Assembly: GCA_010093745.1 (NCBI GenBank)
Contig: MU005976.1
Location: 248,001-287,431, forward strand
Direction of reading: 5' to 3'
From: Piedraia hortae CBS 480.64
Lineage: Eukaryota
Length of the DNA stretch: 39,431 bases
The number at the start of each line of letters is the position of its first letter. Position 1 is the stretch's first letter. Position numbers and translations under genes: made by a program. The notes beneath the pieces were generated by a model. The model saw only the letters and a list, made by a program, of their open reading frames with translations, searched no databases and had not been told where the DNA came from. This document shows positions 9,831-20,809 of the stretch, in pieces.

Positions 9831-11372
9831 ATGAGCAGCCCTCCATCCAACCCCATCGCCGACTCAATCCTCGCCGACGACCTCTCCCCAGAAGATGAAT
9901 TCCCCATCACAACCACCCAACTCCCGTCCACCGACCTCCTCTCCGCAACCGAAGCCTCCCCCCTCCTCTTCACAACTGAACCCCCCGTCCCCACCAGAAT
10001 TCCCTCCTCTGAACCCACAACCACACCCCTCCGTGAAGCATCCCTTCTCACCCGCTTCACTCTCCCTCTTATGGGAACCTTCTTCCTCCAAAACAGCCAC
10101 ACCCTAACCAGCGTCTTCACGGTGGGCCGACTCGGCCGCATCCCCCTCGCAGCCATAAGTCTCGGCTCCATGACGGCGACAATAACCGGCTACGCAGTTT
10201 ACCAAGGCCTCGCCACCTCCCTCGACACGCTCTGCCCGCAAGCCTACGGCAGTGGCAGAAAACCCCTCGTCGGGTTGCAACTCCAACGCATGGTTCTCTT
10301 CCTCTGGGCCATCACAATCCCTATCGCGGGGCTCTGGCTCGCCGGCTCAAAAATCCTCCACCTAATCGTCCCCGAAGGCGACTCCGAGATCGCGGAACTC
10401 GCAGGCCTCTACCTCCGCCTCCTCATCCTCGGCGCGCCGGGCTATGCCTCCTTCGAGAGTGGAAAGCGGTACGTCCAAGCTCAAGGCAAGTTCAACTCCA
10501 CCCTGTATATCCTTCTCCTCTCTGCCCCCCTAAACATAGCTCTCCATTTCCTCTTCGTCTGGCACTTGGGATGGGGCTTCATCGGCTGTCCCCTCGCGAC
10601 CGTCACGGTCGAAACCCTCATGCCGCTGCTTCTAGCAGGATACATCTACCTCTTCGGCGATCCTGAATGCTGGCCTCCTCTGAGCCCCAAAATTCTAAAA
10701 AACTGGGGAGGCATGCTTCGCCTCGCTCTTCCTGGACTCGTGATGGTCCTGGCCGAATTTCTCGCGTTTGAAATCCTGACACTAGCCTCTGCTAGGCTAG
10801 GAGGCACGGTCCTAGCCGCGCAGACTGTCCTGCAGAGTCTAAGTGTCCTCGCGTACCAGCTCCCGTTTCCGCTGTCCATCGCCGCGTCGAACCGCGTAGC
10901 GAATCTCATTGGCGCGGGGAGGGCAAGGGACGCGAGGGCTAGTTGCGCTGCGGTTCTTGTCCTCGGGTCTGGTGTGGGGGTTTTGAATATGTTGGTTTTG
11001 TGGGGTCTGAGGGATTATCTGCCGTGGTTGTTCACCGATGATGGGGATGTGGTGGGGCTTGTGATAAGGACGCTACCGCTTTGTGCGGCGTTTCAGGTGG
11101 CGGATTCGTTGGGCGCGCAGGGTAATGGGTTACTTAGAGGGGTAGGGAGGCAGAGAATTGGGGGGTGGGTTGGGCTGGGAGCGTATTATGGGGTTGCGAT
11201 TCCGGTTTCGGTGGGGACGGCGTTTGGATTGAAGTGGGGGTTGATTGGGCTGTGGACGGGGCCGGCGGTCGCGTTACTAATTGTGGCGGTTGTTGAGCTT
11301 GGGTATCTGCTTTTTGGGCTGGATTGGGAGGGGGCGGTGCGGGATGCGGAGAGGAGGAATTTGGCTGGGTAG
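9831..11372 (+). CDS. MATE-family efflux transporter (ERC1-like), intronless, 513 aa
   Basis: VGRLG..PLAAISLG, GLATSLDTLCPQAYG, EFLAFEILTL, SIAASNRVANLIGAG and GLLRGVGRQ motifs; about 12 hydrophobic segments. Confidence 0.96.
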   Translation: MSSPPSNPIADSILADDLSPEDEFPITTTQLPSTDLLSATEASPLLFTTEPPVPTRIPSSEPTTTPLREASLLTRFTLPLMGTFFLQNSHTLTSVFTVGRLGRIPLAAISLGSMTATITGYAVYQGLATSLDTLCPQAYGSGRKPLVGLQLQRMVLFLWAITIPIAGLWLAGSKILHLIVPEGDSEIAELAGLYLRLLILGAPGYASFESGKRYVQAQGKFNSTLYILLLSAPLNIALHFLFVWHLGWGFIGCPLATVTVETLMPLLLAGYIYLFGDPECWPPLSPKILKNWGGMLRLALPGLVMVLAEFLAFEILTLASARLGGTVLAAQTVLQSLSVLAYQLPFPLSIAASNRVANLIGAGRARDARASCAAVLVLGSGVGVLNMLVLWGLRDYLPWLFTDDGDVVGLVIRTLPLCAAFQVADSLGAQGNGLLRGVGRQRIGGWVGLGAYYGVAIPVSVGTAFGLKWGLIGLWTGPAVALLIVAVVELGYLLFGLDWEGAVRDAERRNLAG

Positions 11373-11484
11373 ATTTTTATGGGGGAGGGGGTTTGAATGA
11401 TTAGTATGAGGATAGATACAGTGAAAACTGTGATAGCATCATGACTTCATTCGAACATCGTAGCTTCGTAATGAATATCTCCGC

Positions 11485-14400
11485 CTAAATTGTACACGCA
11501 GCGGCAGGTGTCCCATTTGCTCGATCCACTCCATTCTCTTTCTCACTCAAATGACACTGACAGTCATACTTTTCCCTAAACTCAAACGGCGCCAGGCCCT
11601 CAATCTTTTGAAGAGCATCCTGCGCCACGCGGAGACGGGCATAGCGGCCAGACTTGCCTTTTGAATGAGCAACAATGGTTTCATGAACGAGTACAACAGC
11701 AACAACATCCTTCCTCTCAGAAGGGTCCACGGTTGGAAGCTCCTTTGCCATCAGACAATAGTCCTGACACGCATATGTTATCTGCAGGAGGTTGTGAAGA
11801 TGGGTGCAGGGATGACTGTTTGCAAAGGTGTCGTAGAGAGTCATGTCCTCAAAGTACCATTTCATGTGCTGGTCAAAGAACTGCTGCACGACATTGTAGT
11901 CAAAGTCGCTGTCGATGAACATTGCACCTGTGAATGATTCGACAAGATCGGGCAGACACTTTGGTGGGTCGGAAACGGTGGTCCAATAGTCCCGAGCGTC
12001 GCCTGCAACGGCTTTGGCTTCGAGAAGCTCTGTTGTGTACTCTTGGATCTGGTGCTGGAGGATGGGCGAGTTGTGGCGGATATGCTTGTGGAAGCCAATG
12101 TTGACGCACACGGCACCGAGGAACTTGTTAGAAACCATGGCCATTTTGTGCTCCGTCAGCCATTGCGGGTCCTTGTCTGGATAGCGGTGGAAGAGATAGG
12201 TTATGCTAGCCATGTCGAGGAGGGCATCCCCCAAGAACTCGAGACGTTCGTAGTTGGGCAGCTTCTCAAACATGAACGGCTGTGATGGATGAATAAAGGC
12301 CGAACGGAGCAGGTGCGGATATTTGAAATGGTAATTGTGTTCCGTTTCCACCTTTTCTGCCAGCGCCCTCTGCGAAGCCGTGACTTCTCCTAGTTGATAT
12401 TCTGGCTTCACGTATGCATTACTGTATTCTTTCCAGGTCAGCATCACGTGGTCATCGCTGCTCACCAGCTTCGTCACAGCCCGCACTGCATTGTCCCAAT
12501 AACTGGGATGCCACATTTCATTCAGTCGGTTGTGGCTGACGTATGCCGCGCCGATCAAGGCTTCGCTCACATCTGCAATCGTCTTGATTCCCAGCGAATG
12601 AGTTGCTTCGTAATCACCTTCCCCTTTTCCTTTTCCCTTGCCCTTGAGAAGATTCAGACCCTCCGGGTACCACAGACGCCGAGAGAAGGGAACGGTTCGG
12701 ATATACTCAAAGAGCTTGAGCTCGCAGGCTACTGCGTACAGGTTCTTGTTGCAAAGCATCACCATGCGGCGGACGTGGAATTCAAACTCATTGTCGCCAG
12801 GATTCTGAATAAAGGTTGATATTGTCGTGGCCGTTTTCAAGAAGGTGTCCCCTATGAACTCTAACCGCTCGTAGTTGTCGCCCATTCCCTTTTTATACTG
12901 CACCTTGCCCCCATGTTCCTCTTTTCTACTATCCGTGTCCTTTGTCAATGCTTCCAGAGCAAGTTTGTAGTCTGCTTTGACGCCAATAAGCTCACACGCT
13001 TCTTCGGCTATCAGATATTGCTCCAGTCGGTAGATGACGGCTGGCCAGAGAAACGCTGACGCCGCAACGGTTGGTGGTAGTACAGACACCCTCAGTGGCT
13101 GAGGACAAAGCCAGGCCCTCGTACCCTGGGCAGATTCTTTGTGCGTCGGCACCTCCAGCAAATTACGACGTTGAAGGCACTTTTCAGCCTCAAACACAGG
13201 CTGGGAGAGATCCCACTCGTCTTTTCTTTTCTCTCGAGTGCTCTTGAACATGTAATTGGAATATTCCAAAATGTTCTTCATCCACTTTGCCCTCACCGCA
13301 CCCTCTGGCACGGGGTCAAGCGGCTTCTTGTCGTAGCAGATTTGCTTGACATAATACTTGCGGCTGCCGTCCCAGGGATCGACAATGAACCGACCCAGCA
13401 ACTGCTCGGGAGGCAACTCCGCAGTCCAGTTGAAATCGGTGCGGGTGGAAGCTAGGCGAAGAAGGTCCCAGTCGAAAAGAGTCTCGGGGTCATCACAAGG
13501 CTTACCGGCCGCTACTTCTACAGCAATGTCATTCAGAGGAGCCAGCCAATAAGACAGTTGGGCCGCGTCCTCCTCGTATTCTTTGGAAAATACATCGAGG
13601 AGCACGCGAAAAGTAAACTTTGTAAACATCTCAAGCATCGCCGGCGACACTTGCAAAGCCTTGCCGACAGACCGCGTATGCACAGCGGTTGGAGTCCCAT
13701 TGCCGAGATAAATGTCAAATCTAGGAAATGTCTCCGCTAGCGGTGTTCTGGTCAGCATTGCCAGAGTCTGATGAGGACGTTCCAGCCCCTCTGGGAAATC
13801 AACAATCACGATATACAGCGCACTTGGCAGCGTTCCCCTCGTCTCGTTCCATATCTTTGGCTTAGTCCGCATGGCATAGCTGTCCATTTTGGTCGAGGTA
13901 ACAGCCAAGAGAGCGTTACGCATCGCCGGCAGTTGCTTTTCATACACTGGCAACAGGTATTCATCAAGGTAGCCGCGTTTTCTGATCTGGAAACAAGCCG
14001 CAAAGGCTGCCGCACGCTTCGCCAGCGCCTTTGTTGGTCGCACATCCCCAACGACGGACCGCAATGGAGCATTCTCGCCGGGAAGCAGAACTTCGGCAAC
14101 GAACTTGTTTCCTCGCTGGCTCACAATATACGTGGGTGCCATCATCTCATTCGAGTCTGTTGGGATAGCAGAAACGAGATTGGCCAGAATACCCAGCGCG
14201 TTGCCGTAGGTCAGCTTGGCTTTGGTCGACGGTTCTACATAGAATTTGGCATACTTCTTCTCAGAAGCGGCGAGTTCCTGCATAAGGTCTTCGTTGCCCT
14301 CCAGCTTCCTGTCTTCGGGCAAAAGCTGGCAAAACTGCCTCATGGTAGCCTCCTGATATCGCACTTCGGACAACAGACTCTCATGAAGATGGTTTCCCAT

Positions 14401-16131
14401 CTCTATCATGTGGATGAATTTTGAATTCCCTTTTCGTGCCCGCCCCCGTGACTGCACATACTGGATCATCGTCTTGTACATGTCAAACCGGACCACAATG
14501 TTGCAGTCGGGCACATCCAGTCCTTCTTCCGCAACGGTGGTGGCAAAGAGACAGTTGATCTCGCCTTTGCGGAACTTCATCATGGTAACGACCTGGGAAC
14601 GGAAAGTAAAATTGTCCTCATCAATACCATTGGCATTGGCGCCAATCAGAAACCCCGGGTGGAGGTGTGGCGTTCCAATCTGTTCAAAGGCGTAGGCCAA
14701 TAGTCTCGCCGTTTGCCTGGCCTCGACAAAGATGATGCAACGGTGAGACGACGGCCTTTCAAATTCGCCTTGCAAAAAATTCTGCAAGGCCTTGACCTTT
14801 GTGGTGATGTTTTCCTCATTTATTTCAATAGTTTCTGGTCGTTCGGCTGCTACAAAGGCGATAACTTGTCGCATTTCTTCTACACCCTTGTCAAGCAGCT
14901 TCACGCCTTCGCCGTTGGATGTGCCGTCGGAGATGCCGTGAAACTTCCGCTCCATGTCGGCTTCATACCGCTTCTGCCTTTCATCTGAGAGCGCATCGAC
15001 AAGATAGGCGTCCGCCATGCCGAAGCCGAGGTGGCGGCTGATCTCTATTGCTTGGCTGAATTGCTTATCAAAGGCCTTGACTTCAGGAAATTTGTTTCGC
15101 ACAGCTTTCAGCAAGGCAGTTGGGCTGCCCCGAGCCTGCAGGGCCGCATATCTGAGGATTCGCTCCTCTGGTCGTTTGATGGCTTCGGTAAAGCTGGCAT
15201 CGTTTGTTGTTGCAATCTTGCTGTGCAGGATGGCCTCAAGCTCAGAGGCAGCCTGTGTGACATCTGTCTTGGCGTCAATGGGGCTTGCAGTCATGCCAAA
15301 AATCCTTGGTCTGTTCTCAGGCTCCTCAACCATGTAGTAATCTTTGATTATCCTAGCAAAAACATGATTTTTCTTGGCATGGTGGGCTTCGTCAAAGACT
15401 AGCAAATTGATCTGGTTTATTCCGATAAAGCCATGAGAAAGACAAGAGTGCACGATGTCAGCCGTGAGAACCACTACCTTGTGATCTTTAAACAACGCCG
15501 TCCATTTCGAGCGGTGCCAGAGATCGATGCCGTCGCCACCGCACACTTTGGCGATTTCGTAATCTGCATTCTGTTCCAGTACTGCATACTGCTGGTAGAC
15601 AAGAGTCACGCTGTCCACAACAAACAAGCTGACTTTGGGCTGCTCTCCTCTAGATCTACGCTCTAGTTCCTGATCGACGGTCCACCTAAGCAGCAAAACA
15701 GCAATAAGTGTCTTCCCGGAGCCCGTGTCCAGCACCGCAATGGTGTTTTCTCGTTGGGCTCGTTCAAACAGCTCTATCTGATACTGACGGGGGTTTTTAA
15801 TGATCAAGGCGCTTTCATGCTTTGCCATGAGAGACGCAATCGACAGAACTTCGTCAGCGGGTTTCCCTTCATCCTTACACTTTGGCTTCGCCTTTAGAGC
15901 CTCAATACCCGCTTCACTGGTCAGCCAATTTTCAAAAATAGCCCGCTGTGCCCTTCGACGCTGGACCAAAGTGTTTGCCGGCTGCGGCATAAACTCATCA
16001 TCGCTCGGGTCATCGTCTGAGAAACTGTCGCTGGAAGTATCAACTCCATCCCGCTTCGACACGCCACTAACATGCGGCTCTTCCTCTTCCTCGCCGTCCC
16101 TAATTAAATCCTCTTCTAAACGTGGTGTCAT
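11485..16131 (-). CDS. dcl1: Dicer-like protein 1 (DExH helicase, DUF283, PAZ-like region, two RNase III domains, Zn-binding dsRBD), intronless, 1548 aa
   Basis: PRQYQ, DTGSGKT, DEAHH, GMTAS, EEGLDVP and QSRGRAR helicase motifs; ERLEFIGD and ERLEFLGD RNase III signatures; C-terminal HPCTHLH...CQC as in fungal DCL1. Confidence 0.96.
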   Translation of the reverse strand: MTPRLEEDLIRDGEEEEEPHVSGVSKRDGVDTSSDSFSDDDPSDDEFMPQPANTLVQRRRAQRAIFENWLTSEAGIEALKAKPKCKDEGKPADEVLSIASLMAKHESALIIKNPRQYQIELFERAQRENTIAVLDTGSGKTLIAVLLLRWTVDQELERRSRGEQPKVSLFVVDSVTLVYQQYAVLEQNADYEIAKVCGGDGIDLWHRSKWTALFKDHKVVVLTADIVHSCLSHGFIGINQINLLVFDEAHHAKKNHVFARIIKDYYMVEEPENRPRIFGMTASPIDAKTDVTQAASELEAILHSKIATTNDASFTEAIKRPEERILRYAALQARGSPTALLKAVRNKFPEVKAFDKQFSQAIEISRHLGFGMADAYLVDALSDERQKRYEADMERKFHGISDGTSNGEGVKLLDKGVEEMRQVIAFVAAERPETIEINEENITTKVKALQNFLQGEFERPSSHRCIIFVEARQTARLLAYAFEQIGTPHLHPGFLIGANANGIDEDNFTFRSQVVTMMKFRKGEINCLFATTVAEEGLDVPDCNIVVRFDMYKTMIQYVQSRGRARKGNSKFIHMIEMGNHLHESLLSEVRYQEATMRQFCQLLPEDRKLEGNEDLMQELAASEKKYAKFYVEPSTKAKLTYGNALGILANLVSAIPTDSNEMMAPTYIVSQRGNKFVAEVLLPGENAPLRSVVGDVRPTKALAKRAAAFAACFQIRKRGYLDEYLLPVYEKQLPAMRNALLAVTSTKMDSYAMRTKPKIWNETRGTLPSALYIVIVDFPEGLERPHQTLAMLTRTPLAETFPRFDIYLGNGTPTAVHTRSVGKALQVSPAMLEMFTKFTFRVLLDVFSKEYEEDAAQLSYWLAPLNDIAVEVAAGKPCDDPETLFDWDLLRLASTRTDFNWTAELPPEQLLGRFIVDPWDGSRKYYVKQICYDKKPLDPVPEGAVRAKWMKNILEYSNYMFKSTREKRKDEWDLSQPVFEAEKCLQRRNLLEVPTHKESAQGTRAWLCPQPLRVSVLPPTVAASAFLWPAVIYRLEQYLIAEEACELIGVKADYKLALEALTKDTDSRKEEHGGKVQYKKGMGDNYERLEFIGDTFLKTATTISTFIQNPGDNEFEFHVRRMVMLCNKNLYAVACELKLFEYIRTVPFSRRLWYPEGLNLLKGKGKGKGEGDYEATHSLGIKTIADVSEALIGAAYVSHNRLNEMWHPSYWDNAVRAVTKLVSSDDHVMLTWKEYSNAYVKPEYQLGEVTASQRALAEKVETEHNYHFKYPHLLRSAFIHPSQPFMFEKLPNYERLEFLGDALLDMASITYLFHRYPDKDPQWLTEHKMAMVSNKFLGAVCVNIGFHKHIRHNSPILQHQIQEYTTELLEAKAVAGDARDYWTTVSDPPKCLPDLVESFTGAMFIDSDFDYNVVQQFFDQHMKWYFEDMTLYDTFANSHPCTHLHNLLQITYACQDYCLMAKELPTVDPSERKDVVAVVLVHETIVAHSKGKSGRYARLRVAQDALQKIEGLAPFEFREKYDCQCHLSEKENGVDRANGTPAAACTI

Positions 16132-16253
16132 TACCGGAGATTTAAATCAAACTGTGGCTGAAGCCTAACGCGAGAGTGGGGCAGCACAATGACGTCATAT
16201 TCACCAACCTCCACTGTCACTTCGACCAAACCCCCAAGCAGTGACTCCCAATC

Positions 16254-17303
16254 ATGAGCGAAGAACCCCAAACCCTCAAAGAAGTCTACCACCAAGCCGA
16301 AGCCAAACGCGCAGCCGCGGAACAAACCTCCACAACCTCTCCCTCCTACCACTCAACCGTCACCTCCGCCATCGAACTCTATGAACTATGCCTCACCATA
16401 TCCGACCGCATATCCCTCTTCAGCCCCAATGAATCCCTGGAAGATATCACCACCAGCAATCTCCAATACCTCCCCCTCCACTACCACTGCGCGGAGCTTC
16501 TAACCCACCTGTTTGGGGACCAAGCCTCTCGCATATCAACTCTCCAAAAGTCCCAACACCACTATACCCAATTTCTCCGCCTCCTCGACAACTACGACAT
16601 CATATCCAAAGACCACGTAACTCTATTCGAAATCTTCCAAAACTCCCCAAACAAATTCTCCACGGCCCCCACCAACGATCCTGCCCGCCGCCGCGAGACA
16701 AAAATCGCACAATACAAGGCTGAAAAGGAAATAAAACAAAAACTCGAATACCTCCGTCAGCGTCCCTCCCATGACGACTCTGTTGAACGAGAACTCCGCT
16801 TAACGGAGATATCATTCTATACGACCCAAGCTTTCGCGAACCTCGAGTCCATTGCACAGGAACTTGCTGTCCTCGCCCTCGCCCCGGCGGCGCCCCCGCC
16901 AATCAGCCCTGCTGATCCACGGGAGCAGGGCAACGGCGAGCGATCCAACATCTCGAACTTCTCAGATCGCCTCGACCCCCCTACAGGTCTCAACACCCCC
17001 CTCCTTTCTCCAGAGGGTAAACCCCTCCGCCCGTTTACCCTAACACCCAAACGCCAGGAACTGAGAAATGGAGTCTTCAGGCCGGATCACAGCCTCCCCA
17101 CTATGAGTATTGATGAGTACCTCGAGGAGGAGCGGAAGAGGGGAGGGATTATTGAGGGGGGTGGGGAGGCGAGTCGGAGGAGAGCAGTCATTGATGAGGA
17201 TGATGTTGAGGTCGCGGATAGGGAGACGATGAAAGCCAGGGAGTGGGATGAGTTTACGGAGAGTAATCCCAGGGGGGCGGGGAATACGATTAATAGGGGG
17301 TAG
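16254..17303 (+). CDS. TAP42: TAP42/alpha4 PP2A-associated protein, 349 aa
   Basis: SLFSPNESLEDI, RRETKIAQY, GKPLRPFTL, LPTMSIDEYL and AREWDEFTESNPRGAGNTINRG. Confidence 0.96.
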   Translation: MSEEPQTLKEVYHQAEAKRAAAEQTSTTSPSYHSTVTSAIELYELCLTISDRISLFSPNESLEDITTSNLQYLPLHYHCAELLTHLFGDQASRISTLQKSQHHYTQFLRLLDNYDIISKDHVTLFEIFQNSPNKFSTAPTNDPARRRETKIAQYKAEKEIKQKLEYLRQRPSHDDSVERELRLTEISFYTTQAFANLESIAQELAVLALAPAAPPPISPADPREQGNGERSNISNFSDRLDPPTGLNTPLLSPEGKPLRPFTLTPKRQELRNGVFRPDHSLPTMSIDEYLEEERKRGGIIEGGGEASRRRAVIDEDDVEVADRETMKAREWDEFTESNPRGAGNTINRG

Positions 17304-18314
17304 GAATTTTCTTTCCTTGAGTTGAAGATGGGGTGGTTATGGGGAGGTGAGCTGGAGTGTAATTCGGGAGGTTCATAGAGCGATGCAATTCATCACACGC
17401 ATCTCATCAAGAAACTGTCCCATAGACTACATAACAGATCTCACTCAATGTACAACGCCTCTCCCGAAAAACCCTACCCACCACAAATCCGGGACTTTAT
17501 ACACATCACTCGCATTTTAGATAAGTATCAAACTCACGTGACCTCTTGGCATTTTTAATCGCGCTAGTACTTGCCAGGACTTAGGACCTAAGTCATGCGG
17601 AAGGGCCCGGTCCGTCCACGGCCCGAGCCTAGTAGCCCCACTCTGCAGCACATACTCCAGGGGGCACTGACTTTTCTCTTCTCTTCTTTCATGCGTTGTT
17701 CTCTGTCTACATAGGGTCTACGCAGTCCTATCGTCCATAGCCCATTGCTTTGAGCTTCTCACCCTTGTCTCTCATCAATCCCCTAGCCCCGACCCTTAGC
17801 CTCTTGGGGTGACATCAACAAGTGAAACTCAACCCTCCTAAGAGAAAAATCATCCAATTAATTACAATTCTGCGTACCTTCCATTTCAACGTACTCCCTC
17901 TTCAACACATAACCAGTATGCAAAGTGAAACTCACCTCCCGTAAACTATATTACCGCCAGATTACCGCTTACATGTAACCCTCTTATCAAATGTACCTAC
18001 TCTTAAAGACGTACTTTAGCGGAAAAAATATGAGAAATATAAATAAACCATATTGTGATTATAAATTATGCGTACTCTGTGGCAGAAAGTGTACCAATAG
18101 TGGAAAGCATACTTGCAAGTTGGGACAATCACATCTCATCGGGAGTATACTTCCTTCCTCCCTGCACCACATCTCCTAGACAGCGTAAGGGACCCAGATC
18201 GCGGTTCATCGGCTCACAGGAGATTCAATGGTCTGCAGCACTTATCACACTTTACTCAAAAAAATATCTCTCTCTCCTCTTCACGTCCCCCAAAGCCATA
18301 TAGCGCGTCTACAA

Positions 18315-20644
18315 TTAATGCCTATCCTTCTTCCCAAAAAAATGATGTCTTTTCTTATCCTTTTTCTCTGTCATCTTCGTAGGGGCGGTATGCATTCGCT
18401 GTGCTGGGGGTCGTTCTGCAGGGGCTGCTGCCGCGGCCCCTGTTGAGCCTCCTCCTACATGGACTGCGACAGCAGGCCCGCCAATGGGCCCAGTAGATCC
18501 TCCAACAGGAGCTGCGACAGCAGGCCCTACCCCTGGCCCTGTACTTCCCCCTGCATGCCCCCCCTCTTCCTCCAGCACCTCCCTCGGCACCCTCGGCACC
18601 GGCCTATCGACCGGCAAGTCCAGTCTCCTCCTCTCCACCGCCAGATCACTAATCTGTCTCACAAACAAGGCGGGGGATAGCATATGCGACGTCACGAGGA
18701 AAACCTCCCTCGCCGTAGCCTTTCCGGTGGTATAACACACCCTCGACTCTGAATACGTCGCACCCCCCGCGATGAATACAATAACCCTCTGGTGCGATTC
18801 CGAGGAATTTGAGGGGCGGGTCTTCGCCCACGTGGGTTTTGCGGAGCGGAGGGATGATGCCGCGGGTGTTGATGTTTTGTTTGCGGTGGGATCGTCAACG
18901 TCAAGGGGGGGGCGGGTATATGGGAATCTATCCGCGGGGAGGGCGTTTGAGGCGTGAAGTTCAAGGAGGGTTTGGAGGATTGGTTCGTAGCGGGATAGGG
19001 CGAAGCCTTCTTCTGGGTTATTAGGGGGTGATTTTCGGCCGAAGAGGGGTTGGCGCGGTGGGCGGGGGTCTTTAAGGCCGCGGGATGTGTGGGCGCCTAG
19101 GAGGGTGAGGCTTTTGATTATGGAGAGATTTTGGGGGGAGAGGGATGCGTGGGAGATGAGTTTGTTGAGGTCGGAGGGGAGGATTCCATCGCGGTAGAGG
19201 ACGTAGAGGATTAGCAGGCGGAGACGGTCGGATGGGAGAATGGATTCTTCGTCGAGGAGACGGACCAAGGTGTCTTCGACGCCTTTGGGTTTTTTGTAGT
19301 CTTCGTCGAGGCCGGTAGAGAGGATTTGTTCGAGGCTGCCGAGTTCGGCGAGTTTGTGTTTTTGGAAGAGGTTCATGCTTTCTTGGGCCATGCCGAGGTG
19401 GAGACTGTACGCTTCTTTTAGTTCTTGGAATTGGGGGAGGCCGGCCATCATGTCTTTGATGGCGTTGAGGCTGTTGGATCCGCCCTGAGAGTCTTTGGTG
19501 AAGTTGGGATTATCTTTGATGAAACGTTGGAAGTCGGACATGAGTTTGTCGATGGTGTCTTTCATGTGGCGGTGCCGGTTTTCGACCCAGATGCGGTCGC
19601 GTTCGGCGATGGGGAGGTCTTTGATTTCTTGGTTTGGAGCGCCTTCGTTGATGATGGTGCAGTAGGTGATGGTGTCTCCTTCTGCGATGGGGAGGAGGTC
19701 GTGTGCCATGGCTTGGTAGGTGAATTCGTGGAGAAAAGGAGCGAATAAATCCATTGTGCGATCCGTTATGTAGAGAACCCCCCGTGGACGGGAAACCTGC
19801 GGGGGAAAGTCGGTGTGATATTTGGCATAGAGGTCCAGCTCTGCCTGCACAACTTTTGCGAGGTGGTGGCATAGTGAACTCGCCTTGTAGTTGGCATTGG
19901 GCGGTTGATAGTAGCGAATCGTGGGATATTCGCCCAGTGAGACGCAGACTCCAACAATCTAGACCAGTTAATCGAAAGGAACGAGTTACTGAGACTACCC
20001 CACCTTTTGGGCAACATCCTCCATGTGCTGTCTGACCAGATTTTCGCAGACGGGATGGAAGAACATTGGGAAACTCCACGGGTCTCTGAAGGTGGCCAGA
20101 TGCGACTCTCGTGGAAAGAACTCTACATTGAGAACTCGGAAAAGGGATATTTGTCCACGGGCAATGGGCGACTGGTCGATTCGTTCTTTCAACGCTGGAT
20201 GCAGCAAAGACGTCCAGACCAAATGCGCACTGCGATATCGCCGCCGCTGGAAATCAATCATGAGACAGTCTACAATGAGTGGCTGAGGAGTGAGGAAGTA
20301 AATGGCATCGGTGTCGCCACTCTGTGGACGGCGTTCGGTGATGAGCTCAATATCTGCTTGTTAGTCTGCATACAACTGCTAGGGAGCTTACGCACTGGTG
20401 ATGTTCTCGTTAAGAATCGCATCTTGATCAAGCACATTGTCGATCAGCCGTTTGGAATCCGTGTCTAGCACCAAGACTTTCCACTTGAACAGTCAGTTTC
20501 TACAACCTGAGCCTTTCCATTACACACTTCGTCACCCCTGGTCAAGTTCTTCAACACGCCCAGCAGGACTGCCCCGGTCAGATATGTAGTATAGCAATTT
20601 TCAATATTCTTACTATCGCGCTGCGCTTCGATGAGAGAGACCAT
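18315..20644 (-). CDS. SEC1: Sec1/Munc18 SNARE-regulating protein (~717 aa, 5 exons)
   Basis: Exons 20614-20644, 20528-20568, 20396-20483, 20004-20353 and 18315-19958 join in frame through GT..AG introns of 45, 44, 42 and 45 nt. Motifs: WKVLVLD, CVSLGEYPTIRY, APFLHEFTYQAMAHDLL and FIAGGATYSE. Confidence 0.95.
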
Positions 20645-20809
20645 GTTTGCGACTACAGAATCCGGCCAGTCGCTGCCATCAGACCCCGCTGGTGGCCTTG
20701 CGATTGTGATGCAGATGACGGCGGACTAGACCGAAAGAGGCTAAGACAAGGACCGGGCCGAACCTTTTCGCAACTTCCTTCTTCCCGCTTGCAGATTCTG
20801 ACAGAGGCA

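Noticed and set aside
17560..17940. Possible solo LTR (ending ...CATCAACA at 17820) and repeated AAGTGAAACTCA
   Set aside because: No matching TG start, TSD or second copy was found, and a 12-bp repeat alone is insufficient.
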